64,000 nt of DNA from Chiloscyllium plagiosum (GCF_004010195.1 NC_057718.1:90997353-91061352); one strand, 5' to 3'. Positions 40,220 to 53,837 are shown, counted from the first letter of the stretch. The notes: generated by a model from the letters alone, not told the origin. Program-made: numbers and translations.

Positions 40220-41040
40220 AGAGTCAGAGTTTTTGCAACACAGAAGGAAGCCCTTTGGCCCATCATGTCTGTACTAGTCATCAAACATCCATCTATTCTA
40301 ATCCCCATTTTCCTGAATGTGGCCCAGACCCTGGTGTGCTGTGACATTTCAAGTGTTACTGTATACAGTATAGTTCTTCAATGTGTTGAGGTTTTTAAGC
40401 CTCCCCTGCCGTTTTTGTAGGTAGAGAGTTCCAGATACCCATAACCATCTGGAAAAACAATCCTTTCTCAAAATTCCTCTGAACCCCTGCTCCTTGCCTT
40501 GAAACTGTATACCTGGTTGTTGAGCCCTCTATTAGAGGGATAGATTTTCCCTTTCTATCCTGTCGATGCCCTTCAGAACTTTGTTACACTTACAACAGCT
40601 TCCCCTGTCATACTACTCTGCTCTAAGGGCAACGACCTCAGCCTATCCCATTCTGAAGAAATCATACTGGACTCGCACCAGTAGCTCTGTTTCTCTCTCT
40701 CTCTCTCTCTCTCTCCAAAGTTGTTGTCAGAACGACTGAGTTTCTCCAGCATTCTCTATATTTGAGCCAGCCTATTTAGTCTCTTTTCATAGTTGAATCA
40801 CTCCAGGCAAGTCAACACCCTGGTGAATCTCCTCTGCACCCTCCCTTGTCCAGTCACTACCTTTCCTATAGTCTAACCACAGAACTGCAGACAGTACTCC
40901 AGGTGTGGGCTAACTAACACTATATGCAGCTCCATCACAACCTCCTTACTGTTGTATTCAGTGCCTTGCCTAATCAAGCGAAGTATCCCAATCGCCTCCT
41001 TAACCATCTCAGCTACCTGTCCTGCAGCCATCAAGGATCT
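40220..41040 (-). mobile_element. Decayed CR1 3' part with a nested Penelope-like/CT piece
   Basis: cagaactgcagacagtactccaggtgtgg is PHLEYCLQF on minus. Confidence 0.75.
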
Positions 41041-43846
41041 GTCCCCATAGGTTTATATGGAATTGTGATCTTTTCAACATGAAACCTTGCTCATAAAATT
41101 TCCCAAGTGATTATGAATCTCAGAAGGAAAAGGGCAGATTTATCATTTGCTGTTCTTATGTGATTCAGACCGAATAAAGTAATTTTACTCTCATCCAGTC
41201 CTGTGTGTTTTAATTTAATGTTGATAGAGTTTGTATTAAAAATACTTTTTGTTAATCATTCAGTGCAAGAGGTTACTGGTGGTTATCTGATTCGCTCCCC
41301 AAGTATCTTTCCGAGTTCTGTCACACCAAGAGGTTGGAAGTCTCTGAATAGTAGCAGGGTGACATTTCACTGGGACATTGGGATTCACCTGTTTCAGAGG
41401 CATTCAGTGCTGGATGGAACTAGTAAACACTGTCCTTTCCTCTGCCCACAAATATTTGTGTGTTTTGATCAGAAACTTGCTCTCACCTGGCATCTGATTC
41501 CTGTATGGTACCCTCTAAGGGAGTCATTCCCGCAACTGTTGCTCCCGCTCTGCCTGGCTCCACGTCTTCCTCCCATTCCTTGCGAAGGCCAAAGGTGGAC
41601 AGACCCCCTGACCGGTCACCCATGACCAAGGTCACCATTTCTCCTGGTGTCTTCTATAATGTGTCTTGTAAGATGATGCCCTCAGAGAATTTTCAGAATA
41701 TCTGTTCATGGAATGTTGTCAAAATGTTCCAAAATATCTCCCAACACCTTTTAAGAATTCACTTCAAACCTCCTGGCCAACAGTGAAAGCTGAATCCTTG
41801 CTCAGGGTCGCAAACATCGTATTTTAAACTGTCACTTGCTTAGCTCTGAGCCAGTAGTGCTTGTACCAACTTTGCAGAGTTGAAAGTGTGGCACTAGAAA
41901 CGCACAGCAGGTCAGGCAGCATCCAAGGAGCAGGAGAGTTGATGTTTCAGGCATAAACTCACCTCTGCAGAGTGTTATTGAAGTGCTACCAATTTAAGTA
42001 CCATGTATCATCTTTAATAATCAGCAGCAGGCAATTTACCTATAAATCAGATGCTTACACAACTTTCCAGCAACTGTTCCTAGAAAACAGTTCAGTTCCT
42101 TCGCTAAGATAGTTTCTTCTGTTATAGACATTGTTATATAAAAGGTAAAAACAATGACTGCAGATGCTGGAAACCAGAGTCTAGATTAGAATGGTGCTGG
42201 AAAAGCACAGCAGTTCAGGCAGCATCCGAAGATCAGGAACCACATCTTGTCTACAGCAAAAACATTTTCATGCTGGAAGTAACTGGAAAAATCCAAGTGC
42301 TGTGTTTAATCTTGAAAACAGAAAGCGGGAAGTATAAATTAGATTGGAATTGTGCGCGAAAAGTAAAATAAATATTGGGGAGAAAAGAAACAGATGAGGT
42401 TAAGAGAACCAGTTAAAGAAAATATAAAATCTTTTTTCAAAAAAAGCTGAACTTTTTTTTAATATACGTATCACAAATTAAATTATGAAAAATGTGATTT
42501 GTGAACCTTCAGTATTGCATGAATTGCTTACCTGCAATATTCATTGACTGGTGGCTTTGGTTCAGAGTTGAATTTTGTTCCATAATGCACATGCGAAACA
42601 CACTAAGATGTTTTTTCTCACCATTAAAGGTGCTAATTAATGACAAGCTGTTGCTTTTAAAACAAAAATTAATCTCTGCTGATTGTACCAACTCTGCCGT
42701 CTTTAGAGTGGATTTTGTGGACAAAGATTCCATTTTTCACATTGCATGGATGTCAATGTATGTCTTATCAGCAAGAATTATTACACTAAGAGAATTATTA
42801 TACTCTAGAGGTGTGGAGTTTGCCAGACATTACAGATTTGTGTGTTTAACTGTGCAGGTGCCAATGCTGGAACTTGCAATCTGATTTACTGCTCAAAACA
42901 GTAAGGAGTATTCGCCATTATTCCCACTACCTATCAATTATTTTGATTTTTTTTGTGTACCATTAACAATTATAAAAAAGCAAAACAAATTGCTTTTATG
43001 TGATACCTTATCAACGGAAATGTTGCAAATGCGATTTAATTGGATACAAATACATTGGGGTACGAAGGCAAATAAGAACTATTATTCTGTGCTAGAAACT
43101 GTTCTGAAAAGGCTTTTAGGTGTCTGGAGCAACCTCATTATGATGCTCCAGGATGGCTATCAAGAGCACAGTGTGGTTGGAGGGAGAAAGATGGTGAGTG
43201 GCTTTGTTGGTTGATGTCTAACCATGTGAATGTTAGAGAGGCAAACATACAGAGAAGCGCGTGGAGTAGACTGACTAGCAATACCTGGTAGATTTTACGA
43301 GATAGATATTCAGTAATGTAACTGTGAGCTTAGAAGCAGTTTTCTCCTGAATTGAATCCCGTATTTAGTCTTTATGGCCCAGGTCTTGCAAGCAGTGACG
43401 GGCATAATCAGATTACTAGTCTGCTCCTATTTCATTTCCCCACGAGTGCTGATGTCTATGTTCATAGCCAGGAATTTCAATCCTGGTTCCTTGAGGCAGG
43501 AAGATTGTACCTGAACCCAAATATTTCTCTTATAGTGCAGGATAACAAGGTGATGTCGAACCATGTCGTCTTTTTGATAGTCAGTGCACCGTGTTGTGAC
43601 ATTAAACTGTGCAGCTACTGCGAAAGGATAAGTTAGTAAGCTACTTGTAGGGCCAGGGTACCAGGGAAATGTTGTTCTGGTTGGGATGGGGAAGATGGAG
43701 TGGTTGTCAGGGTCCAAGGGATATAAAGGTTCAGGGGAAGTCTACTTGGGAGAGAGGGTCTGTTGAGTCCATAGGGTTAGTTTAATACATATTAATCCAG
43801 GAGTTGGACTAAGTTTTTAATTGTCTAAGGTTTCCTGGGGAACTAT

Positions 43847-44562
43847 GGAAATAACTTCACAGAGGTGTGAATCCCATCACGAAGTCACTCTTTATTTACA
43901 TGTGCCCAGTACATTGGCTCTGACAAATTAGCTCAGAGTTGGTCACTTGAGTGAGGAGACTCTCTAAATGTCCTGTTTATATCTTTCAGCCAGGGCTCCC
44001 TGATTGGCCCAGGTTAACAGCCCCAGTCAAGGATCTCATAGTCAATAAGATCCATCTGGCCCTTGTTCCAATGGCTACATCTCAAACCTTGTCCTCTTCC
44101 TCCCACTAACCTCCCCCCCCACCCCCCAATATCCCTGGATGTAGGCCTGCTCTTTCTCTGCTAGCCTATCCTGTGACATTTTCACCCCAGGCCTGGTTCT
44201 TCCAGCTCTGCCACAGTCACGGGCAGCATGTACTGGACCATACCATCTGCCCAGAGCATCCAGGGAGATTTCCCTCCTCTTGTTTAGGTGGTGTCGGTGT
44301 TGAGGCAGCATCCATCCCACTCATGTCGCCTCTGAAATAATTACACAGCGGCCAGTATCCTGTCACTAAGTCACCCTTTATTTACATGTGCCTAGTACAC
44401 GTGCTCTGACCAGCCAGTTTCGAGTCCTTCCCGAGAATGAGGAGATTGTCTTGAATCTCCTGTTTATGTCTGTCAGCCAGGGTTCCCTGATTGGGTTAAC
44501 CTGGGCCAATCAAAGATCTCCTAGTCAATGAGATCCACCTGGCCCTCATTCTAGTCACTACA
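43847..44562 (-). mobile_element. Miniature LTR element (TRIM-like): LTR - ~250 bp internal - LTR
   Basis: Direct repeats 43847-44079 and 44333-44562 (TG..CA-type ends, AATAAA on minus); PBS-like gaggcgac after the 5' LTR and a purine-rich tract before the 3' LTR. Confidence 0.7.
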
Positions 44563-45409
44563 CCATAAACCGAAGAGAAACCCTCCAAATTCTGCACCTT
44601 TTAAAGAATTATTTCAGAGGGTTGCTGACACAGGGGACTTGGCCATTGAAATCTTCAATTTCCAATGCCATTTCTATAAACTCTGCTCGATCTTGACTTC
44701 TACATGGTCCTAATATGCAAGTCCAGTCAACACTGCTCCAAAGTCTATCTGGCCATCGGAATATCTGGGTCTGCGTGTAATAAAAAAATGCTATAAAGAA
44801 GTCCAAGCCTCGAGATTATTCTTGACTTTTCTTCTCAACAAGTTTCTTTTGAATCCCATCCCATGATTGTGGGCATAGAACCACAGAACAAAAGGGAACT
44901 ATCCCACAAACAACAGTGCGGTCCATTTATAAAATAATTTCCATGTGTGAATACAGAAACGATTCAAGTCTTTAGGCCATCACAAAAATGTTGTTTCTCG
45001 TGAAAAGCAGCTTTGAATCAATGCTAAAGTTGAAATATAAGTTTGGAGTTCAGGACCTGACTTGATACTAAAGCAAAGTGGAACATTCTTTTTTTACAGA
45101 AAGCACCATTACTGCAGTCATAGTATAGGTGGAGCTTATCTTTAGTCTGCACGTGGTCAATGCGTGTAAACTCCTTGTGAGCTGGTGACAACCAAAATTG
45201 CTGTGAAACAACAATCAATAAAGCAATCAAATGCTGAACATTGTAGTCAAGCTGTAAGCATGGGTCAAAAAACTTATGTTAAACAGTATTGTGTACTGAT
45301 TTAGAATGCACCTTGCAGTTTGTATCCCATGTTCATCAAAGCATGAGGGAATAATCTAATCCAGCAGTCCACATAAGACTGTTTAATATTGAAGTAAGTT
45401 TTAGCAACA

Positions 45410-45785
45410 AAAAATTTTCATTTATTTAACACTTCCATGACCTCAGAGGATATCCCAAGGCACTTTAGAGACAATGCAGAGGATTTGAAGTTTAGTTGCT
45501 AGTGCAATGTTGTAGTAGACATGTGACGATGAGCAGATAGAGTTTGAAGGATAAATATAAGCCAGAACACTGGGATATCTCCACTGCTCCTCTTTGAAAT
45601 ATTGCCATTTAATCTTTACGTCTGCCTTAGAGGGCAGACTGGGTTCCTGGTTAATGTTTCATTTGAAAAGTGGCACCTCTCACATTTCTGCACTCCCTTC
45701 ATTCCACACCAAAGTATCAGCCTAGATTTTGTGCTCAGGTCCTGAAGTGAGACTTGAAGCCACAACCTGCCAACTGAGCAAGGAC
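45410..45785 (-). mobile_element. Deu-domain SINE (SacSINE1/AmnSINE-like), old
   Basis: Minus strand reads gaggtgccactttt..gtctgccctct..gacgtaaagat..atggcaatatttcaaagaggagcag..atatttatcc, resembling the Deu domain, followed by an L2-like tail. Confidence 0.7.
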
Positions 45786-45929
45786 TGACACTAGCAATGA
45801 GAATATTCTGGAGAAAACTTAGCTTCTCAACTTTGATAGAAGGTGACGTGAGGCGAACTTGCTGAAGTATATCTAAAAATAGTATGGAGTAAGGAGTCCT
45901 TACAAAATACAATAAATCCTGTGTTAAAG

Positions 45930-46700
45930 CTTTATCAGGTTGACCCTGATATTCAGGTGTGCCTGATGCTGCTCCTGGCATGCCCTTCTGCACTCTCCAT
46001 TGGATTGACACTCATCCCCTGGATTGACAGTAATGGTGCATTCGGGGATATGGTAGACCATGAAGGTACTGTTTGCGTTGAAGTCCACTTCTGCTGTCGA
46101 TGCTCCCTCAGTGTCTCATGGATACCCAGTCTTGAGTTGCTAGATCTTTTCTGAGTCTATCCCATTTCGCAAAGTGATAATGCCACACAGCATCTTGGGG
46201 TGTATCCTCAAAGAGAAGATGGGAATTCCATCTCCACTGTGTGGTCACTCCTACTGATACTGTCCTGGATAGATACTTCTGAGAGAGGTACATTGGTAAG
46301 GTGATGGGTAAGGTCAATGTTTTTCCCTCTTGATTCCCTCATCCATCACCTGCCCCGTATTCAGTCTAGCAGCTGGTCCTCACCCAAAGTGCATTCTGCC
46401 CCCTTGTCGCCTCAGTGCTACCTCCAAGTGGTGTTCAGCCTGGAGGAGTACAGGTTTGTTGTCTAAGATTTTTATTAGGGGTTGCGGAGCGATGTAGTGT
46501 ATGGGAATTACTCGCAGGTTTACTTGTTTGAGCTGATGCCATGAGACTTTATGGAGTGTGGAGTCCACATTGAGGATGCTTTCTGACGTGATACTACCGT
46601 ACTGTTGGCACCTGTGCCGGATCTGTCCAGGTTGCTTAATCCAGTTGCCTGGGTGACCGTTGTGGGTCAGATTGGTGTTAACAAGATAGCATTCTGTCCC
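45930..46700 (-). mobile_element. Older fragment of the same LINE family as 53838-57045 (EN/linker region)
   Basis: Minus-strand WHYHFAKWDRLRKDLATQDWVSMR matches the 54935-55000 region. Confidence 0.7.
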
Positions 46701-47380
46701 CATCCCGGCTGAGCTGGATTTGGGAATTGTCTCCTTACATTACCCGTTGTGGAGATCGTAGTGCTGTGAGTCAGACCTGTCTTTGGCCAGAGAACTCGAG
46801 TCAAATCCATTACTTAATGGGTAATTGTGGGTATGCCAAAACTTAAAGCCCTGCCTGTTTTTGGGTAGAGTTGGATTTGTGTTTCTAGTGGCTTAATCTA
46901 TTTTTGCCAACTGAAGAAAATTGCACCTGAAGAGTGGAAACTTTACTGTTTATACAACTGGTTCTTTTTACCAAAACCTGCAGTAATACTCATGAAATAG
47001 GAATGCCTTCAAAGGGACATACTGAATGTTTTTATTGTAGCAGGAATTGGCAGGATACTTGGTTTTTAATGTAGACACAGGTGAAGTTTGAAAGTGAGTA
47101 CAAAGTTAAGCTGTGCACTTTCTATTTGTTCTTTGATTTTTACTGCGGTCAAATATTATTCAGAAGCCGCGTCAGATGTGGGTATCTGTCATTCTACAGC
47201 TTGAAATAAGAACAGTGCATATCCCAAAGTATTTGCCTTTAATGGGAGCACTCATGGCTGCAGTAGTATAGGATAAAACATAACTTAGATACTTTGTGTT
47301 CTTAATGATTTCAAGTTCTTGCAGCCTAGTTAGCTTGTCTTTTCCACTGTCTAACACTACACTTTGTCTGCTCATCACAG

Positions 47381-47475
47381 TTAATTGACACACTTGCCTT
47401 AGAGATTGGAGAACTGAAGATGGGTCATTCAATTCCTGACTTGGATGAAGATTCTCAGTATGCCCAGTGGTTGAG
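47381..47475 (+). CDS. RIN2: RIN2-like coding exon (LIDTLALEIGELKMGHSIPDLDEDSQYAQWL-R)
   Basis: Acceptor catcacag| at 47380, donor GAG|gtaagt at 47476; phase 0 in, phase 2 out. LIDTLALEIGELK resembles RIN2 LIDTIASEIGELK. Confidence 0.9.
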
Positions 47476-48225
47476 GTAAGTTTTTTTTTGTTCCTGTAAA
47501 TCTTTTCCTTCGTGACCACATGGTTCTTTCTGCAGATGTAGGCAACTCAGCCTTTCAAGTTAGGTAGGATTGTGGGCTGCATATTCAGAGACCCTTTTTC
47601 TGCTGAGTCTCCAGATGCCTTTCTGTGCTGGCATTCCTCCTTTCAAGGGGGTTCTTACACAGTTAGAACTTCTCAGTTTGTTTTTCTTGAATAGCATCCT
47701 GTTCAAGTTGGTCAAGTTTCTCGCTCTCTGGAAAAATAAAAAAGTCATGAACTGCATGTTAAATTTTCTTTTCTATTACTAACGTTGCATGTGTCATTAT
47801 CTCTGACTGGGATCTTTATCAGGTATTTCTCAATCATAGAAGCTTTGGATTGCTTAATTGTACTGTTTTAGTGGCCAATTGACACCAATATCTTCATAAT
47901 AAAGTATGTATCATGTTGGCTCTTGTTTTTGTCTGCGTTTCTCAGCCATCTCGCTCAATTTAAGGATGGCTTATTTTTTAATAAGTCATAGGATCATTCA
48001 GTGGTATGATTGCACAGAAGAGACCATTAGGCCCTTTGTTCCCATGCTGGCTGTTTAAGGGCTGCCTTTTTCTAGTCCTGCAGGGGCGCACTTAAAGGTA
48101 GAAACTTGAAGGATTCCACAGAAGTTGACATCAGGCCACTGAGCTGATGTAGTTGTACCTCTGGGCAATCATCCCTGACAGAGGCTAACCACACAGTCTG
48201 GATAATTAAAGGCCTGTTAGTGAAC

Positions 48226-48662
48226 TGACTGGAAAAAGCGCTGATGGCAGACAGACCCTTGGACTTGCTCGGTCTCCTGCACTACCTCCACCCAGGGGGA
48301 GCTGCAGCCATGAGTGACTGCTGCTGCCGACTATGCTGGGAAGGGGGATTCACCATTTATTACATTCATTTGAAAGCTTTTTTTTTTTGGAGGTTGCATT
48401 TAGAGTCATAGAGATGTACAGCACGAAACAGACCCTTCAATCCATGACTGGAAAAAGAGCTGATGGCAGACAGACTCTTGGACTTGCTCGGTCTCCTGCA
48501 CTACCTCCACCCAGGGGGAGCTGCAGCCATGAGTGACTGCTGCTGCCGACTATGCCGGGAAGAGGGATTCACCATTTATTACATTCAATTGAAAGCTTTT
48601 TTTTTTGGAGGTTGTATTTAGAGTCATAGAGATGTACAGCACGAAACAGACCCTTCAATCCA
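48226..48662 (+). repeat. Near-identical tandem duplication, unit ~219 bp
   Basis: tgactggaaaaag..cccttcaatcca occurs at 48226-48444 and 48445-48662. Confidence 0.95.
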
Positions 48663-48908
48663 ACTCGTCCATGCCAAACAGATATCCTAACCTAATTTAG
48701 TCCCATTTGCCAGCACTTGGCTCATATCCCTCTAACCCTTCCTATTTTAAATACCCATTCCAGATGCCTTTTAAATGTAATTGTACCAGCCTCCATCACT
48801 TCCTCTGGCTTCTATGAAGCTGCCCTCCTGCTCTGCCTCTAACAGGGACAGTGCCTGGTGGTTGAGAGTTCTGATAAGGTCTGCAATCTCTTTCAGTGGA
48901 CTGCAAAC

Positions 48909-49118
48909 ACAAAATGGGTTGCTGGAAAAGCGCAGCAGGTCAGGCAGCATCCAGGGAACAGGAGAATCGACGTTTCGGGCATAAGCCCTTCTTCAGGAAT
49001 TCGGGCTTATGCCTGAAACGTCGATTCTCCTGTTCCCTGGATGCTGCCTGACCTGCTGCGCTTTTCCAGCAACACATTTTCAGCTCTGATCTCCAGCATC
49101 TGCAGACCTCACTTTCTC
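48909..49118. mobile_element. Young inverted pair of Penelope-like terminal repeats
   Basis: Near-perfect ~75 bp inverted arms; TSD ctgcaaac at 48901-48908 and 49119-49126. Confidence 0.85.
48965..49000 (-). ncRNA. Minimal type I hammerhead ribozyme motif
   Basis: AUUC-CUGAAGA-A-GGGC UUAU GCCC-GAAA-CGUC-GAUU; activity untested. Confidence 0.7.
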
Positions 49119-49569
49119 CTGCAAACCCAAAAGGCAGCCTCTTAATTGCTCATCATGGGGTAGAGCTCGCAGACAGGAATCCCAACAGGTGGAGCAGGGC
49201 TGAGACCAGAAATAGTTCTGGCACGAGCCCACAGCACACAGACAGAAGATTCTGCCTAGAGTAAGCAATCCAATTACTCTTACTCCCAGATCATAACTTG
49301 TTACATGTATTAAAACAAAACGTCAAAAGCAACAACAATGGAAGTCAGAGAGCAGCTTCATTTAAAAATGACAAATTAAGCAGTAACTTGCTGGATTCAA
49401 AATTCATCAAAGATTGTTGCTTTCAGTGATCAAAATGGACCAAAGAGCTATGGATTGAAAGTAGTGACTACAGAGGGATTTGAATTGCAAGAACTCTAGG
49501 AATGGATCAATTGTTTTATCAAAATGATATCCCATTCAGTAGGAATATGACGTAGTATAATATCGCCAT

Positions 49570-50351
49570 TGGCTCGAAGGTAGAAGGTAGTGGTGGAGGA
49601 TTGCTTTTTGGACTGGAAGCCTGTGACCAGTGATGTGCTGCAAGGATTAGTGCTGCTTCCACTGCTTTTTGTCCCTTTACATAAATGATTTGGATGTGAA
49701 CACAGGACATATATGTAAGCTTGCAGATGACACCAAAATTGGTGGTGTAGTGGATGGCAAAGAAGGTTACCTCAGAGTACACCAGGAGCTTGATCAGATG
49801 GGCTGATTGGCTGAGGAGTGGAGATGGAGTTTAATCTAGATAAATGTGGGGCACTACATTTTGGTAGGGCAAATCAGGGCGGTACTTATACACAGTTAAC
49901 AGATCCTGGGGAGTGTTGCTGAACAAAGAAATGTTGAAGTGGAAGTTCGTAGCGCCTTGAAAGTGAAGTCGCAGGTAGACAGGTTAGTGAAGAAGGCATT
50001 TGGTATGCTTGCCTTTATTGGTTAGTACATTGAGTATAGGTGTTGGCAGGTCATGTTGCACCTGTACAGGACGTTGGTTAGACCACTTTTGGAATATTGC
50101 ATTCAATTCTGGTCTCCCTGCTATAGTAAGAATGTTGTGAAACTTGGAAAGCTTCAGAAAAGAGTTTCAAGGGTGTTGCCAGGGTTGGAGGGTTTGAGCT
50201 ATAGGGAGAAGCTGAATAGACTGGGGCTATTTTCCCTGGAAAGGCAGAGGCTGAGCTGTATCTTTATAGAGATTTATAAAATCATGAGGGTCATGGACAA
50301 GGTGAATAGCCAAGGTCTTTCGCCAAGAGTAGGGGAGTCCAAAAGTAGAGG
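49570..50351 (+). mobile_element. CR1 LINE RT fragment truncated by a Penelope-like element
   Basis: KLADDTKIGG; LVRPLLEYCIQFWSP. Confidence 0.9.
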
Positions 50352-50965
50352 AGAAACTGAGGACTGCAGATGCTGAAGATCAGAGCTGAAAATGTGTTGC
50401 TGGAAAAGCGCAGCAGGTCAGGCAGCATCCAAGGAGCAGGAGAATCGATGTTTCGGGCATAAGCCCTTCTTCAGAAATGAGGAAAGTGTGTCCAGCAGGC
50501 TAAGATAAAAGGTAGGGAGGAGGGACTTGGAGAGGGGGAGGGGGGGCATTGGAAATGCGATAGGTGGAAGGAGGTCAAGGTGAGGGTGATAGGCCGGAGT
50601 GGGGTAGGGGCGGAGAGGTCAGGAAGAAGATTGCAGGTTAGGAAGGCGATGCTGAGTTCGAGGGATTTGACTGAGACAAGGTGGGGGGAGGGGAGATGAG
50701 GAAACTGGAGAAATCTGAGTTCATCCCTTGTGGTTGGAGGGTTCCCAGGCGGAAGATGAGGCGCTCTTCCTCCAACCGTCGTGTTGTGGTCTGGCGATGG
50801 AGGAGTCCAAAGACCTGCATATCCTTGGTGGAGTGGGAGGGGGAGTTGAAGTGTTGAGCCACAGGTTGGTTGGGTTGGTTGGTCCGGGTGTCCCAGAGGT
50901 GTTCTCTGAAACGTTTCGCAAGTAGGTGGCCTGTCTCCCCAATATAGAGGAGGCCACATCGGCCT
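50352..50965 (-). mobile_element. Penelope-like element 3' end: GIY-YIG endonuclease remnant plus hammerhead-bearing terminal repeat, truncating a CR1
   Basis: ORF 50638..51123(-) contains CGLLYIGETGHLLAKRFREH..PVAQHFNSPSH..RRLEEERLIFRLGTLQPQGMN (PLE GIY-YIG). Hammerhead core at 50443-50478 on the same strand. Confidence 0.9.
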
Positions 50966-51064
50966 TTTGTAATGTGATGAGAAGGTTGTGTGTTTGTCCC
51001 TTTTGGTGTGAGCACTCCCAGCACAGGCCAGCTTTGAAATATTGAAAAGTCAACAAAATATATG

Positions 51065-51456
51065 CTGTTTTTGCTGGGGATTATTTGATCGTGGGATGTG
51101 GGTGTTGCTGGCTGGATTGGCATTTATTGCTAATTCCTAATTGGCCCTTGCTCTGATTGGCTTGTTAGGGCCATTTCAGAGAGCTGTTCAGAGTCAACTA
51201 CATTACTGAGAGTCTGGAGTCAAATGTAGACCAGAAGGGAAAGGATGCCAGATTTCCTTCTCCAAAGGACATTAGTGAAGCAGATGGGTTTTTGTAACAA
51301 TTGACAATCATTACATGTTTGCCATTAAACCAGCTTTTTAATTTCAATTTTTTTAAAAATTCCAATCTCACCATCTGCCATAGTGTCCCCATAGAATTAA
51401 CCTGGGATTCTGGATTACTAGTCCAGTAACGTACCCACTATGCCTCTGGCTCCCAC
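51065..51456 (-). mobile_element. Same SINE family as 29620 (minus strand)
   Basis: Reverse complement of head, body (gatttccttc..aaaggacattagtgaa) and tail (tgggatgtgggtgttgctggc). Confidence 0.75.
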
Positions 51457-52842
51457 CGTAAAATATAAATGCAATTTTTTTTTCTTTTAACCAGTTATTT
51501 TCTGCTCTGCTTTCAGAGCAATTAAAATGCCAGACATAATTGAAATGATGCAATACAGAGGATTGCTTTATAAAAAATGCAGTTCCTTGGAAAAGATGGT
51601 AATTTTCACTTCTGCCTGATTGTACTCGAATTTTGGATGAGTGTTGAAATAAATATCTCCTAAGGTCTGTCAGCTAACATTGCTTCTTCATTTAACAAAC
51701 CCCAGAAAAAACAAGTTATTCATCTCAATGCTGTTTCTGGGACATTCCTGCCATAGTATTGCTGTTGCACTTTCAAGTCAGTGCACCTCAAAAGTAATTG
51801 AGTAATAGAAGAAACTTGCATAACAAATTCAGTCATTGAATATTTAATGCCTTGAAATAAGGCACTAAATGATTTAAATGGTAAAAGCCTTGGTGCTATA
51901 TTTCAATGGCTTTTACTTCCATGAAGTTGAAACCTTTTATCAGTTGCAACATGTGGACAGCTCACAACCAATGGAAAGCCATTGCAATGAAGCTATTAAG
52001 TTCAAGTGTTTTCCCTACTGTTAAACAGAAATGCAAACAAACAAGGAAGAACATTTTTATACCATTTGTATGAAAATATTCACCCCAGTGAATTTCACCC
52101 AAAATCTCTTTCTTGTTCAAGGGAAATTCCTAGTTACAATGAACCTGAATGCTTCACCTTCTCTTCATATGAAATCGAAATGTGTAAGTGATGCAGCCAT
52201 GTAGAGTGGCCTCTCACCACAAGGCATTACTTGGGCACATTTAACCAGTTGTTGATTTAGACCTTTTACAACATCGGTAAAAACAGTATGACTAAATAGC
52301 TTTGTATTAATTGGCACGATCAGTAATACAGGATATGCACTCATTCTAGCCTTATTGATGAAAGAAAAATTTCACTCGCCAAAGAAACAAACAACTTGTC
52401 CTGCGACGGAAGTTCATAAACCACCTGGTATTTGTTACCATCAAGCTACCACCAACTTAGAGGGTCGTGGCTGCAGCATGACATGGACTAGATTTGTATA
52501 TTGATGGATACAGGACAATTAGGAAAGACTGGTAGCAAGGCAAATGTGGAATAGTGGCTCTGTTGATTAAAATTATCACACAGAGAAGGATGGTTTAAAT
52601 TCAGGAGAGCAGGATGTAGAAACAGTTTGACTAGAGATTACAAATGATAAAGGCAAGAAGTAACTTGCAGGAGTGGTGTACATGCTGCCTAACAATAACC
52701 ATAAGGTACAGTGGAGCTTAAAGGAAGAAATGATGGGAGCTAGAGAGAAGGTTGTGGTGATTATCATGGGGGACTTTAATCACATAGACTGATTTATTTC
52801 CTTAGAACATATGTTTTAGCAACAACTAAAGAACAAGCTATA

Positions 52843-53484
52843 CAGAAGAACCTCGATTATCCGAATGAGATGGGCAGGCAGTGTTTCATTTGGATAATTG
52901 ATTATTTGGATAATCAATTTGACTTTAAATAAATGAAGCCATACTGATCTAACACTGCTCTATCAGAGAGTTTGTTTAAATCTATAATTTTGATGAGTCT
53001 GCTATTTAAACAAACTAATCTTTGCACTCTGCAAGTTAAACTGAGAAGGACTAAACCCTTACCATCACATAAATATATGAAATCCCAGCATTAAAACAAG
53101 GTCACGGACCGCTTTACAATCTCAAGAGCATTTGTCAGTTTCCAATTAACTCAATGTCGCGATAGAAAGACAGAAGCACTGCCTCGCGCATGTGTTTACT
53201 TTCTTTGCCATTTTTTCCATGAATGGCCCGGTAAAGTGACGGGAATAAAGCACTCACTTTTACAAAGAGCTGTGTAACTAACCCTTACATTAAAAATATC
53301 CAGAATTGCTGTTGCTTGAGGTGTTTGGGTTTCTTTGTCTTAGGCAGTGTTTTCACATGTTCTTCAGTACAGGTAATCCGAATCCACTTACCTCTTTGAT
53401 GCAATGTTTTTATAGGACCTTGAGACCTTATTTGGATAATCCGAAATTCTGATATTTGATATTCGGATAATCAAGGTTCCACTG
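52843..53484. mobile_element. Non-autonomous Tc1/mariner (pogo/Tigger-like) DNA transposon
   Basis: TA|cagaagaacctcgattatccgaa ... ttcggataatcaaggttccactg|TA terminal inverted repeats; repeated ggataat subterminal motifs. Confidence 0.85.
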
Positions 53485-53837
53485 TAGACATGGTCTTGAT
53501 AGGATTAATTAATGACCACATAGTGAAGACGCCCTGGGAAGCAGTGATCATCATTTGCTTGATCTCATATACAGTTTGAGTGTGAAAAGAATGGGTTTGA
53601 AACCAATATCATTAACCTAGATAAGGGTAAATATTTTGGTATGAAAGCAAAACCAGCAAAAGTAAACTGATAATTTAGAGTAAGGAACAAGGCAATAGGG
53701 ACACGGTGGTAGAGATTTAAGAGATATTTCAGACTGCATGGAATAAATGCATTTCAATGAGAGAGAACATTTCCAAGAGAACTATTGTAGTTAACAAAAA
53801 TAGTATTAAGAGAAACAATTTAATTATGTAAAGATGT

